A stretch of DNA of 44,428 nucleotides from Candidatus Binataceae bacterium (lineage in GTDB: Bacteria; Desulfobacterota; Binatia; Binatales; Binataceae). Positions within the stretch are counted from its first letter, which is position 1. Every line of letters begins with the position of its first letter. The stretch lies in NCBI GenBank assembly GCA_030037595.1, contig JASHQJ010000212.1, forward strand, positions 1 to 44,428. The letters are read 5' to 3'. Shown piece after piece: positions 27,491 to 37,190 of the stretch. The notes beneath the pieces were generated by a model. That model saw only the letters and a list, made by a program, of their open reading frames with translations. It had not been told where the DNA came from and did not search any database. The translations under genes were made by a program, and so were the position numbers.

Positions 27491-28195
27491 ATGCCGCAGG
27501 CGGCAATCATGGCCAATAAGCTCACTAAGTGGTTTGGGCAAGGAGAAGCCCGGACCTACGCGGTAAGAGAAGCGAGCTTCGAGGCAAACTGGGGCGAGAT
27601 GCTCTACATCGTGGGGCCGTCGGGCAGCGGCAAGACAACTCTCCTCAGCATGATTTCCGGAATCCTCCGGCCAAACTCCGGTTCAGTTACCATAGATGGA
27701 CGCGATCTGTGGAGCTTGTCGGACGACAATATCGCGGACTTCCGCCTCAACACCATAGGTTTCGTGTTTCAGGACTATCACCTCTTTCCGCGACTCACGA
27801 CCGCGGAGAATGTGGCAGTTCCATTGATTCTGCAGAAACGGAGCTGGGCAGAGGCTCTGCGCGCCGCCGCCAGCTGCCTTGAGATCGTCGGCCTGGCGGA
27901 TAAAGGCACGCTTCCGCCGACCAGACTCAGTGGCGGTGAACAGCAACGCGTCGCGATCGCGCGCGCGATCGTTCATCGGCCCGAAATTCTGATCTTTGAC
28001 GAGCCGACGGCGTCTCTCGATGGAGAAACCGGACGCAAGATCGTGTCGTTCGTAAAGACCGAGATTCTGACGGCCGAGCGATGCATCATCATCGTTACTC
28101 ACGATAGCCGAATCTTCGAGTTCAGTAACCGAATTATGGAAATGGAAGACGGCCGCATAACCGGCTTCGAGCAAGGAGTTGCTTGTGAAGCCTAG
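27491..28195 (+). CDS. ABC exporter ATP-binding protein (LolD/MacB-like)
   Basis: GPSGSGKTT, IGFVFQ, LSGGEQQRVAIARA, DEPTASLD, VTHD. Confidence 0.92.
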   Translation: MPQAAIMANKLTKWFGQGEARTYAVREASFEANWGEMLYIVGPSGSGKTTLLSMISGILRPNSGSVTIDGRDLWSLSDDNIADFRLNTIGFVFQDYHLFPRLTTAENVAVPLILQKRSWAEALRAAASCLEIVGLADKGTLPPTRLSGGEQQRVAIARAIVHRPEILIFDEPTASLDGETGRKIVSFVKTEILTAERCIIIVTHDSRIFEFSNRIMEMEDGRITGFEQGVACEA

Positions 28196-29117
28196 GGTAG
28201 AACTGGTTCTGGCCAGCCTCGGACTTATTGTCGGTCTGTTTGGCGCCTACATTTATGGCCTTCATGCGGCGCCTCAAACGCCTGCGTTCAATCCTGCGGC
28301 CAATCCTTACGCCAAGGGAATTTACGCTGAGGGTATCATCGAAAGCCATCAAAACAACGGCGCGAACATCAATATCTATCCGAACATATCCGGTACCATC
28401 ATCGAAATCCCGGTACACGAGGGTCAATTGGTCCAGAAGGGAACGGTCCTGATGCGCTTCGACGAGTCAGTCCAACGAGCCACCATGGAGGCTGCGAAGG
28501 CTCAAATCACGTATGCGCGGGCGCAACTCAAGAATGTCCGGGACGAACTCGCTAAGGATGAAGCTTCGTATCGGTTCGATCCTAAATCGATAAGCACGTA
28601 CACACTCGACGACGCGCGAAACGCCGTCAAAGTGGCGGCGGGCAACCTCGAAGTCAATGAGAGAAATTACGTTTCAGCCAAGACCCTGCTTGCGTGGTAT
28701 ACGATCAAGGCGCCGACCGACGGCAGGGTGCTAGCGATTAACTCTGCACTTGGCAGTTACGTAACTGCGAACCAGGGCACCTACGATACGTATACCCAGG
28801 GCTTCGACCCCGTGGTGGTGATGGGGCCATCGGAGGAGTACCTCAATGTACGTTGTTACATCGATGAGATACTGATTCACAGGCTCCAGCTAGGACCTAA
28901 AATGCAGGCACGGATGTTCATCCGCGGAACCGACATCAGCGTTCCACTGGAATTCGTAAGGGTACAACCGTACGTCTCTCCGAAGATCGAACTTTCTGAC
29001 GAGCGTCTCGAGCGGGTCGATGTAAGGGTATTGCCCGTCATTTTCCGATTCGCACAGAATGAGAAGCTGCCGGTCTATCCGGGTCAGTTGGTAGATGTAT
29101 ACGTCGCGGGAAAATAA
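28185..29117 (+). CDS. Membrane fusion protein (HlyD / periplasmic adaptor)
   Basis: N-terminal TM, lipoyl halves (SGTI..IPV.EGQ.V.KG; IKAPTDGRV), ERVDVRVLPV, PGQLVDVY; AAGGAG RBS before GTG 28185. Confidence 0.88.
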   Translation: MKPRVELVLASLGLIVGLFGAYIYGLHAAPQTPAFNPAANPYAKGIYAEGIIESHQNNGANINIYPNISGTIIEIPVHEGQLVQKGTVLMRFDESVQRATMEAAKAQITYARAQLKNVRDELAKDEASYRFDPKSISTYTLDDARNAVKVAAGNLEVNERNYVSAKTLLAWYTIKAPTDGRVLAINSALGSYVTANQGTYDTYTQGFDPVVVMGPSEEYLNVRCYIDEILIHRLQLGPKMQARMFIRGTDISVPLEFVRVQPYVSPKIELSDERLERVDVRVLPVIFRFAQNEKLPVYPGQLVDVYVAGK

Positions 29118-30621
29118 TCGCGCGCGCCGCCTGACTGGTAGCGGTAAGTCCGAACTGTTCGGCATGCTCGTGCTTTCTTGCTTCATTGCCGGATGCGCAG
29201 TTGGGCCCGATTTCGTCCGTCCCGCCGCTCCCACAACGCAGCGCTACGACAGTGGCGAGCAGCCGGCGAGCACCATCGCGACCGTCGGCGGCGCCCAGCG
29301 CTTCGAATACAGAGTGGAGGTCGCATCGGACTGGTGGAAACTGTTCGGCTGCCCCAAGCTCGACGGCTTGATTCTGCAAGCCACCGCAAACAGTCCGACG
29401 CTGCAATCCGCAGAGGCTGCACTGAAACAAAGCGAAGACAATCTGCGCGCCGGCTATGGAATCTTCTTTCCTCAACTGAGCGCCAGTTTCCAGCCTACGC
29501 GCCAGCAGTTCTCGCCGGTTCGTTTTGGTGAAAATGTATCGCCGAGCATCTTCAGCCTCTACACGCTCTCCACCACGGTTTCTTACACGCTCGATGTCTT
29601 TGGCGGAGAGCGACGCACGGTGGAAAGCCTGAGCGCGCAGGCCGATGTGCAGTATTACAACGCGATCGGCGCTTATCTGACCTTGTCCGGTAATGTGGTC
29701 AACGCGATTGTGGCGGAGGCCTCCTATCAAGCTGAAATCGATTCGACCGAACACCTCATCGGATATCTTCAGGAGCAGGAGAGGATCACCGCTGCTCAAG
29801 CCAAGGCCGGGATAGTGCCTTACTCAAATCTGTTGAGCATCCAGACTCAGCTGGGAACGACCGAGGCAACCCTGCCGCCGCTTCGTCAGCAACTCGCCCA
29901 TACGCGTCATTTGCTCACGACGCTTGCGGGCAGATCTCCTGGAGAAGACTGGGCGCCGCCGCGGGTCTCGTTTGCCGAACTCACGCTTCCGAATCAGATT
30001 CCGGTCAGCCTGCCCTCCGATTTGGTCCGTCAGCGTCCGGATATCCAGGTCGCCGAAGCTCAACTGCACAGCGCGAGCGCGCAGATCGGCGTCGCGACTG
30101 CCGCGATGCTGCCGAGTTTCACGCTCAACGCCAACTATGGCTTGAACAGCACATCGCTTTCCAGCTTGTTCGGAAGCAGCGCTGAGTTTTGGACCTTGGG
30201 CGCGGGCCTTGCGACGCCACTGATCCAGGGACCTACGCTCTGGTATCAGCGCAAGGCGGCGATCGACGCCTACCAACAGGCGCTCGCAAACTACAGGCAG
30301 ACCGTACTCGCGGCTCTCGCCCAGGTGGCCGACGCGCTCGACGCCCTCCAGCACGATGCTGAGGCTGTCAAGGCAGAATCCGAGGCGCTCAATAGCTCAG
30401 CGGAGAACTTACACCTTATCGATGCAAACTACCGGGCAGGGACGGTCAACTACCTGCAAGTCTTGATTGCCGACTATCAATACGAGCAATCGCAGATTGG
30501 CTATATCCAGGCCTTGGGACAGCGCTATCAAGATACTGCGGCGCTATTCGTCGCCCTGGGCGGTGGTTGGTGGGCAGCTCCACAAAATGGCAGCAGCTCG
30601 ACGCTGCCAGTCAGCTACTAA
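29095..30621 (+). CDS. Outer membrane efflux lipoprotein (NodT/OprM/TolC family); start uncertain
   Basis: Lipobox IAGC-AVGPDF, WW..F, SLPSDLVRQRPDI..AE..L, ALGGGWW. Confidence 0.92.
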   Translation: MYTSRENNRARRLTGSGKSELFGMLVLSCFIAGCAVGPDFVRPAAPTTQRYDSGEQPASTIATVGGAQRFEYRVEVASDWWKLFGCPKLDGLILQATANSPTLQSAEAALKQSEDNLRAGYGIFFPQLSASFQPTRQQFSPVRFGENVSPSIFSLYTLSTTVSYTLDVFGGERRTVESLSAQADVQYYNAIGAYLTLSGNVVNAIVAEASYQAEIDSTEHLIGYLQEQERITAAQAKAGIVPYSNLLSIQTQLGTTEATLPPLRQQLAHTRHLLTTLAGRSPGEDWAPPRVSFAELTLPNQIPVSLPSDLVRQRPDIQVAEAQLHSASAQIGVATAAMLPSFTLNANYGLNSTSLSSLFGSSAEFWTLGAGLATPLIQGPTLWYQRKAAIDAYQQALANYRQTVLAALAQVADALDALQHDAEAVKAESEALNSSAENLHLIDANYRAGTVNYLQVLIADYQYEQSQIGYIQALGQRYQDTAALFVALGGGWWAAPQNGSSSTLPVSY

Positions 30622-32009
30622 CGAAGCCCGTGTTTGTTGAGCAGGCGATGCAGCGTCTTGCGGTCGACGCCCGCTTTGCGCGCAGCCTCTGATACGTTGC
30701 CACCCTCGCGCTTCAAGAGGTCTGCGACGTAGGCCGCCTCGAGCTCACCGATCCATCGTTCTTTGGCTTCTTTCAAGGTCAGCTTGCTGGCTGATTCCGC
30801 ATCGATCGGAGCCGCGCTCGCCGGCTGCTGGACCGGCGCTCTCAGCTGCTGCGGCAGCTCTGCGAGAGTAATCATCTCGCCGTCGGCAAGAGCGCATGCC
30901 CGCTCGACCACGTTTTGCAGTTCGCGCACGTTGCCGGGCCACGAGTACGACTCGAGCGCCGCCATAGCCTCAGGCTCGAATCCCCTTACCGACGCCTCGC
31001 CGCTTTTGCCATACTTCCGCAAAAAGTTAATCGCGAGCAGCTCGACGTCGCCGGCGCGTTCGCGTAGCGGCGGCAGTGCAACATCGATCACGTTTACGCG
31101 GAAGTATAAGTCCTCGCGAAATTTGCCGGCTGTGACGAGCGCACGCAAATCGCGATTCGTGGCAGAAACGATGCGCACGTCGATATCGATCTGCCGCGTA
31201 CCACCGATGTGCCGGATCTGCCGCTCCTGGAGTGCGCGCAGCAGTTTGGCCTGCAATCCGATCGGGAGCTCGCCGAGTTCGTCAAGAAACAACGTGCCGT
31301 GATGGGCGGATTCCATCAGCCCTTGCTTCGCATTGATCGCACCGGTGAAGGCGCCTTTTTCATGTCCGAATAATTCGGATTCGAGCAGGTTTTCCGGCAG
31401 CGATGCGCAATCGACGGGCACGAAGGGCTGCGCGGCGCGCGGGCTGTTGGCGTGAATCGCACGAGCGATTAGCTCCTTGCCCGTGCCCGACTCGCCGAGG
31501 ATCAGGATGTTGGCCTCGCTGCGCGCCGCCTTGCGGACCAGCTCGAGCACCTGCTGTAACGCGGCGCTCTGGCCGACGATGTTTTCGAAACCGAAAATGC
31601 CCTGGAGTTGCTCGCGCAAATTCAGATTTTCGAGTTCGAGGCGACGCTTGGTGAGCGCTCGCGCGACAGTAAGCCTCAACTCATCGTTGGTGAAGGACTT
31701 GGACAGGAAATCGAACGCGCCAGCCTTTACCGCCGCCACTGCGGATTCAAGCGAGGCGTGACCGGTCAGCATAATGACCGGCATCTGCGGATCGATCTTC
31801 CGCGACCGCTTGAGCATCTCCATGCCATCGAGTTGGGGCATGCGAAGATCCGTCAGAAGCAAATCGGGATGCTCGGATTCGAGCAGGTGCAGGGCTTCCT
31901 CAGGCTCGGTGGTCGAGAGACATCGATAGCCGGCGGTTTCCAGGATGCGCACCCAACTCCTGGCGACATCTGGATCATCATCGAGAATAAGAATTCGTTC
32001 AGTTGCCAT
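30618..32009 (-). CDS. Sigma54-dependent response regulator (NtrC family: REC-AAA-HTH)
   Basis: LTDLRMP, GESGTGKE, ESELFGHEKGAFTGA, FLDE, REDLYFR, WPGNVREL, Fis-type HTH; start ATG 32009. Confidence 0.95.
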   Translation of the reverse strand: MATERILILDDDPDVARSWVRILETAGYRCLSTTEPEEALHLLESEHPDLLLTDLRMPQLDGMEMLKRSRKIDPQMPVIMLTGHASLESAVAAVKAGAFDFLSKSFTNDELRLTVARALTKRRLELENLNLREQLQGIFGFENIVGQSAALQQVLELVRKAARSEANILILGESGTGKELIARAIHANSPRAAQPFVPVDCASLPENLLESELFGHEKGAFTGAINAKQGLMESAHHGTLFLDELGELPIGLQAKLLRALQERQIRHIGGTRQIDIDVRIVSATNRDLRALVTAGKFREDLYFRVNVIDVALPPLRERAGDVELLAINFLRKYGKSGEASVRGFEPEAMAALESYSWPGNVRELQNVVERACALADGEMITLAELPQQLRAPVQQPASAAPIDAESASKLTLKEAKERWIGELEAAYVADLLKREGGNVSEAARKAGVDRKTLHRLLNKHGLR

Positions 32010-32037
32010 CGCGACCCTGCCGCTCAACTTTACGAAG

Positions 32038-33105
32038 CTAGTCCGACGCTCCGGCCGCGGGCAACTTGATGGTGAAAGTCGTGCCTCTTCCGAGTTCCGA
32101 CTGCACCTCAATTCTGCCGTTGTGCTCCTGAATGATGCGGCGGCTCATCCAGAGCCCGAGGCCGGTGCCGCTCTGTTTGGTCGTGTAGAGGAGGTCGAAT
32201 ATTCTTTTCAGCGCGTCGGGTGAGATCCCGGGTCCTGTGTCGGCGATAGTTAGATGTAGCCATCCGGGGGAGTCGCTCGGTTCGCGGCTCACAATCGTCA
32301 CCGCGCCTCCCTGCGGCATGGCGTCACGGGCATTGCTCAGCAGGTTGATCAACACGCGTTCAAGCGCCGTTGCATCTCCCATGATTTGTGCAACACCGCC
32401 GTCCAACTCGGTTCGGACGGCGATGCCCGTCTTGCGCATCTGCTCACCAATCAACAGCAGCGTGTTTTCCACCAGCTGATTGATATCGAGCGGCGCGACG
32501 GCTTTCTCGCGCTGCCGCGAAAGTTCGAGAAATCCCTCGATTATGCGGCTCGCCCGTTCCGCCTGCCGATGGATAGTGGCGAGATCTTCATTCAGTTCGC
32601 ATGCAGGCGTCGAAGGCGGCGATTCCAGAACCAATTCCGAGCGCGAACGAATCACCTGCAGAGGGTTGTTGAGGTCGTGCGCGATACCGGCAGCGAACGT
32701 GCCGAGCGTGATCACCGTCTCGGCCCTTCGCGCCTCAGTTTCCAGCGCGAGGCGTTGGCTGATGTCAGTGACTGCAGCCACCACCAGGTGGCCGCGCGAG
32801 GTGCCGCGCGCATATGTCAAGCCGATCTCGATTGGAAACTCGCTGCCGTCCTTGCGCCGTCCCGCGAGGCTGAGGCCGATGCCCATGGCACGGGTGCGGG
32901 GCGCCGCGAAGTAATCCTCGACATGTTTGCGATGACGCTCGCGGAGTGCGGTCGGTAAGAGCAGCTCGATCGGTTCGCCCACCAGTTCTTTCGGTGAATA
33001 ACCAAAGAGCCGTTCGACCTGGCGGTTCACTTCCAGAATCGATCCGCCGCGGTCAACAACTATCAGGCCTTCACTGGCAGCTTCGAAATACTCCTTGTAC
33101 GGCAC
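32038..33105 (-). CDS. Cytoplasmic PAS sensor histidine kinase (FixL-like PAS)
   Basis: LLP..LRERH...GRRKDGSEFPIEI PAS; AHDLNNPL H-box; NLLSNARDAM, DTGPGI, GTGLGL; no TM segment. Confidence 0.92.
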   Translation of the reverse strand: MPYKEYFEAASEGLIVVDRGGSILEVNRQVERLFGYSPKELVGEPIELLLPTALRERHRKHVEDYFAAPRTRAMGIGLSLAGRRKDGSEFPIEIGLTYARGTSRGHLVVAAVTDISQRLALETEARRAETVITLGTFAAGIAHDLNNPLQVIRSRSELVLESPPSTPACELNEDLATIHRQAERASRIIEGFLELSRQREKAVAPLDINQLVENTLLLIGEQMRKTGIAVRTELDGGVAQIMGDATALERVLINLLSNARDAMPQGGAVTIVSREPSDSPGWLHLTIADTGPGISPDALKRIFDLLYTTKQSGTGLGLWMSRRIIQEHNGRIEVQSELGRGTTFTIKLPAAGASD

Positions 33106-33151
33106 GGATCGACGCTTTCGATAACCGACAGATTCCTATTTACAGGGAGTT

Positions 33152-33160
33152 AGTATAGCA
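33152..33160 (-). promoter_or_regulatory. Extended -10 element (sigma70-type) for the kinase-regulator pair
   Basis: Minus strand TGCTATACT about 47 nt before GTG 33105. Confidence 0.4.
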
Positions 33161-33286
33161 ATCCAGGGCACAATATTTCCATGATTCGCCCATAGAAAGT
33201 GGCAGATGGACCGGGCGTTCACACTGAAGCCGACGATTGGTTTCGTTAACCGAATGGACTGCTAGCTGTTATACAGTCTTAACTTT

Positions 33287-33302
33287 TGGCTAGAATCACG
33301 CA
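33287..33302 (+). promoter_or_regulatory. Possible sigma54 promoter of the M50 peptidase gene
   Basis: TGGCTAGAATCACGCA, exact GG-N10-GC but weak elsewhere; 45 nt before ATG 33348. Confidence 0.4.
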
Positions 33303-33347
33303 TCAATTATTGATATCCGAGGGCGCGGAAGCAAGCGGTGAGAGACT

Positions 33348-34487
33348 ATGGCGGCGATACCGAGAAGCGCAATCCGGCTCGTCAAGATTGCCGGAATCCA
33401 AATCGACATCGACTATTCGTGGCTGATTGTATTTGGGCTCGTCCTGTGGAGTCTGGCGGCCGGTTATTTTCCGCAGGCTTACCCCGGATACGCCGCTTCG
33501 CAGTACTGGATTATTGGACTGGTCGCGGCCGTGCTCTTTTTCTCGTCGGTTCTGTTTCACGAGCTCTGTCACGCTATGGTCGGCAATCGCCTCGGCGAGA
33601 GCATCGACCGCATCACACTCTTCATCTTCGGCGGTATGGCGCATCTGAAAGGCGAGCCGAGATGTGCTGAGGACGAACTCAAAATCGCGGCGGCCGGACC
33701 GCTCAGCAGTATCGTGCTCGGCGTGTTCTTCTGGCTGGTGGCAAACGCGACCGCGATCGCCGGTCAATTCTCGCTCTGGACCGCAGTCTTCCGATACCTT
33801 GCGTTCATCAACGTGGCGCTCGCCATCTTCAACCTGTTGCCGGGCTATCCACTCGACGGCGGGCGGCTGCTCCGGGCCGCACTCTGGAAGCGATGGGGCA
33901 GTATCGAGCGCGCAACTGCGCGCGCTGCGGATTGGGGTAGAACGCTCGCTTGGGGCTTGATGGCGCTCGGCATACTCGAAATCTTTGGCGGCGCGCTGGT
34001 CGGCGGGCTCTGGTTAATCTTCATCGGACTTTTTCTGCGCGGTGCCGCTGCCAGCGGCTACCAGGGAACGATTGTCGAGCAAACTCTGCAACGCATTCGT
34101 GTCGGCGACATCATGACGGCCCGGCCCATTACGCTCGACGCCGAGATCGCAATCCCTGATGCAGTCGAGAACTATTTTCTCAAACTTGGGCACGGCGGAT
34201 TTCCGGTCACCGCCGAGGGGCGAGTGGTAGGAATCTTGTCTCTGCAACTGATTAGCAGGTGCCCGGTTGAAGAGCGCCCACACAAACGGGCTCGCGATCT
34301 CATGCGCCCGCTGGATGCGAGCATTGAGATTGGTCCCTCTGAGAGCGGTCTCGCCGCGATGCAACAGATGAACGATGTCAACTCGGGCCGCTTGATCGTG
34401 ATTGACAACGGACAATTCGTCGGCCTCATCACACTCAGCGGCATCACGCGCTTCGTTCAGATGAAGACCCAACTCGCCGCAGCCTAG
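33348..34487 (+). CDS. Site-2 protease (M50) with C-terminal CBS pair
   Basis: HELCH, LFIFGG, IAAAGP, FNLLPGYPLDGGR; CBS repeats (VGDIMT, GRVVGIL, FVGLIT). Confidence 0.93.
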   Translation: MAAIPRSAIRLVKIAGIQIDIDYSWLIVFGLVLWSLAAGYFPQAYPGYAASQYWIIGLVAAVLFFSSVLFHELCHAMVGNRLGESIDRITLFIFGGMAHLKGEPRCAEDELKIAAAGPLSSIVLGVFFWLVANATAIAGQFSLWTAVFRYLAFINVALAIFNLLPGYPLDGGRLLRAALWKRWGSIERATARAADWGRTLAWGLMALGILEIFGGALVGGLWLIFIGLFLRGAAASGYQGTIVEQTLQRIRVGDIMTARPITLDAEIAIPDAVENYFLKLGHGGFPVTAEGRVVGILSLQLISRCPVEERPHKRARDLMRPLDASIEIGPSESGLAAMQQMNDVNSGRLIVIDNGQFVGLITLSGITRFVQMKTQLAAA

Positions 34488-34682
34488 ACCGCCGCTCACG
34501 ACGACTAGCAAATCAACCCTCCATATCAGTTGTGCCTAGCATCGATTGGATCGAAGTTGGCGCAAACCATCGCGGCGCCACGGCTGGTTCGATTCGATAC
34601 AGTTGGCCAAAGTTTGTTTCTCTTCGTAACACTGGGGGCTTTGGTCATTCCGAATCGTGCCCTTAGTTCTGCTTGATTTTTT

Positions 34683-34698
34683 TGGCACACCACGTGCT
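34683..34698 (+). promoter_or_regulatory. Sigma54 -24/-12 promoter of the cox operon
   Basis: TGGCACACCACGTGCT, exact GG-N10-GC, 22 nt before ATG 34721, with an AT-rich stretch upstream. Confidence 0.75.
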
Positions 34699-34720
34699 CT
34701 TCGTCACGGGCTTTTGAGAT

Positions 34721-35401
34721 ATGGTTGCTGGTCTTCTTCCAGAAAATGTCACGTCCTTTGGCGGCCAGATAGATTGGGTCTTTACACTGATTTTCTATGT
34801 GGTCGGATTCTTCTTCGTTGTAGCCGAAATTCTGCTCGTCTACTTCGCCCTGCATTATCGGCGAGGTCGCGTGAAGCATGCGATCTACAGCCGCGGCGCC
34901 AAGCTTCGCGAAGCCGCATGGGTCCTTATTCCCGCGGCAGTGGTGCTGATCTTCGACCTGGCAATCGATGCTGCTGGGCATCGCGCCTGGGCGCTGGTCA
35001 AGGAAAATCCGCCGCAGGCCGAGCTCGAGGTCAAAGTCACGGCCAAGCAGTTCAACTGGAACTTCACGTATCCGGGGAAGGACGGAAAGCTTGGTGGCGC
35101 AAATGATTTGACATTTGAAAACGAGCTTCACGTTCCAGTCGGCAAGGTTGTTCGCGTTGTTCTGAACTCAGAGGACGTCATCCATAGTTTTTGGGTGCCG
35201 AACTTCAGGCTTAAACAGGACGTTGTTCCAGGCCGCAGAATCGTGGCGTGGTTCAAGGCAACAAAGACGGGCTCTTATGAGATCGCGTGCTCGGAGCTCT
35301 GCGGCTTTGGTCACTACTCGATGCGGGGCGTCGTGATCGTTCAATCCGAATCCGACTATGCGCGGTGGCGCGCAGAAGCTTTAGCGGGCGGAGCCAAATA
35401 G
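34721..35401 (+). CDS. coxB: Cytochrome c oxidase subunit II (CuA; no fused cytochrome c)
   Basis: 2 TM, QFNW.F.YP, DVIHSFWVP, CSELCGFGHYSM. Confidence 0.95.
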   Translation: MVAGLLPENVTSFGGQIDWVFTLIFYVVGFFFVVAEILLVYFALHYRRGRVKHAIYSRGAKLREAAWVLIPAAVVLIFDLAIDAAGHRAWALVKENPPQAELEVKVTAKQFNWNFTYPGKDGKLGGANDLTFENELHVPVGKVVRVVLNSEDVIHSFWVPNFRLKQDVVPGRRIVAWFKATKTGSYEIACSELCGFGHYSMRGVVIVQSESDYARWRAEALAGGAK

Positions 35402-35417
35402 GTATCTGGGTGAGGGT

Positions 35418-37154
35418 ATGTCAACTGCTGTTGCCGTCAGTTCCGTAGATCATGACGCGCGTGCGCACGAACATGAATTGGGCTTTGTGCGGCGCTACAT
35501 TTTCTCGGCCGATCACAAAGTAATCGCCAAGCAGTACATGACCTTGTCGGCGCTGATGGCGCTTATCGGCGGTGGATCGAGCTACCTGATTCGATGGCAG
35601 CTTGCATGGCCCGAAACGTCGATCCCTGGGTGGGGGCCGATAGGGCCGGACGACTATAACGCGCTCATCACCATGCATGGGACGATCATGGTGTTCTTTG
35701 TCGCGATGCCGCTGTTGCTTGGTGCGTTCGGCAACTACCTGATCCCGCTGATGGTCGGCGCTGACGATATGGCTTTCCCTCGCTTGAACGCGTTGTCCTT
35801 CTGGACCCTGTTTACGGCTTCCAGCGTGCTAATCGCCTCGTTCTTCGTGCCTAACGGCCCCGCGGCCGCGGGGTGGACTGGATACGTACCGCTGTCAGAT
35901 AAGGCGGTCTATACCGGAGTTACCTGGGGCCAGAATCTCTGGATCATCGCACTGGCGCTCGAATTTGCGTCGTTTCTCATGGGCGGCGTCAACTTCCTTG
36001 TTACCGGCCTCAACCTGCGCACGCGCGGAATGACCTTGATGCGCCTGCCGCTTCTGGTCTGGATGGAGTTGACCGCGGCTGTGGTTTTTCTACTCTCGGT
36101 CGGGCCGCTGGTGGCGGGAGCTATTATGCTCCTCCTCGACCGCACGATGGGCACGGGATTTTATCAGCCCGATCGTGGCGGCGACCCTCTCCTCTGGGAG
36201 CATCTCTTCTGGTTCTTTGGCCATCCGGAGGTTTACGTCGTGGCTCTGCCAGGATTCGGAATCATGCTAGAGGTGATTCCCGCCTTCGCGCGCAAGCCGA
36301 TCTTCGGCTACCGAATGATGGTCTATTCGACGATCGGCGCCGGTCTGCTGAGCTTCATCGTCTGGGCGCATCACATGTTTGTCTCTGGGATGGATCCGCG
36401 CCTGGCCAGCCCTTTCAGCGTCACGACGATTATGATTTCGGTGCCGTTCGCAATCATCCTCTTCGCGATGATCGCAACGTTGTGGGGCGGATCAATTCGT
36501 TTGGCTTCGCCGATGCTATTCGCGCTTGGCGGCGTCGCAACCTTCCTCATTGGCGGCGTGACTGGAATTTTCCTGGGTTCGGCAGCGGTCGATATCGTAA
36601 TGCACGGAACTTATTTCGTTGTCGCGCACTTTCACTACACCCTGTTCCCGGTAGTGTTCTTCGGCGGCTTTGCCGGCATCTACTTCTGGTTCCCGAAGAT
36701 GTTCGGCCGAATGATGAACGAAGCCCTGGCTCAGATCCATTTCTGGATTACGTTCGTGTCCTTCAACGTCGTATTCATTCCATTGTTCCTAGTGGGTCTG
36801 GGCGGGAGTCCGCGGCGAATCTACGAGCTATCGTCCTATGACTCGTTGAAGCACCTGCAGCCGTTGCACGTTGTTGCTACTATCGGAGCAATCGTTCTGT
36901 TGCTTGCCCAGGTGCCGTTCATCATCAACTTCTTCTATTCGCTCGCGCGTGGACCGCGAGCGGAGCGAAATCCCTGGCATGCTAACACGCTCGAATGGAC
37001 CGTAGATTCGCCACCTCACCATCCGAACTTCGCTCGGCCTCCGCGAGTGTATCGTGACCCTTACGAGTACAGCGTGCCGGGCGCGCTCCATGACTTCATA
37101 CCCCAGGATGTCGCGCCGGACGAACCAGTCGATGTTAAGGCGGTGGCAGATTGA
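35418..37154 (+). CDS. coxA: Heme-copper oxidase subunit I, A1-type motif
   Basis: DHKVI, TMHGT, DMAFPRLN, WFFGHPEVY, WAHHMF, VVAHFHY, PRRIY. Confidence 0.97.
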   Translation: MSTAVAVSSVDHDARAHEHELGFVRRYIFSADHKVIAKQYMTLSALMALIGGGSSYLIRWQLAWPETSIPGWGPIGPDDYNALITMHGTIMVFFVAMPLLLGAFGNYLIPLMVGADDMAFPRLNALSFWTLFTASSVLIASFFVPNGPAAAGWTGYVPLSDKAVYTGVTWGQNLWIIALALEFASFLMGGVNFLVTGLNLRTRGMTLMRLPLLVWMELTAAVVFLLSVGPLVAGAIMLLLDRTMGTGFYQPDRGGDPLLWEHLFWFFGHPEVYVVALPGFGIMLEVIPAFARKPIFGYRMMVYSTIGAGLLSFIVWAHHMFVSGMDPRLASPFSVTTIMISVPFAIILFAMIATLWGGSIRLASPMLFALGGVATFLIGGVTGIFLGSAAVDIVMHGTYFVVAHFHYTLFPVVFFGGFAGIYFWFPKMFGRMMNEALAQIHFWITFVSFNVVFIPLFLVGLGGSPRRIYELSSYDSLKHLQPLHVVATIGAIVLLLAQVPFIINFFYSLARGPRAERNPWHANTLEWTVDSPPHHPNFARPPRVYRDPYEYSVPGALHDFIPQDVAPDEPVDVKAVAD

Positions 37155-37190
37155 GGTCGCAACACAACCCCGGCGTGCGGTGAATGGAAG

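Noticed and set aside
33302-33314. ATCAATTATTGAT as an FNR/FixK box
   Set aside because: Half-sites are in the opposite orientation to TTGAT-N4-ATCAA; it may bind another factor, but there is no support
34558-34573. TGGCGCAAACCATCGC as a second sigma54 promoter for cox
   Set aside because: GG-to-GC spacing is 11, not the required 10
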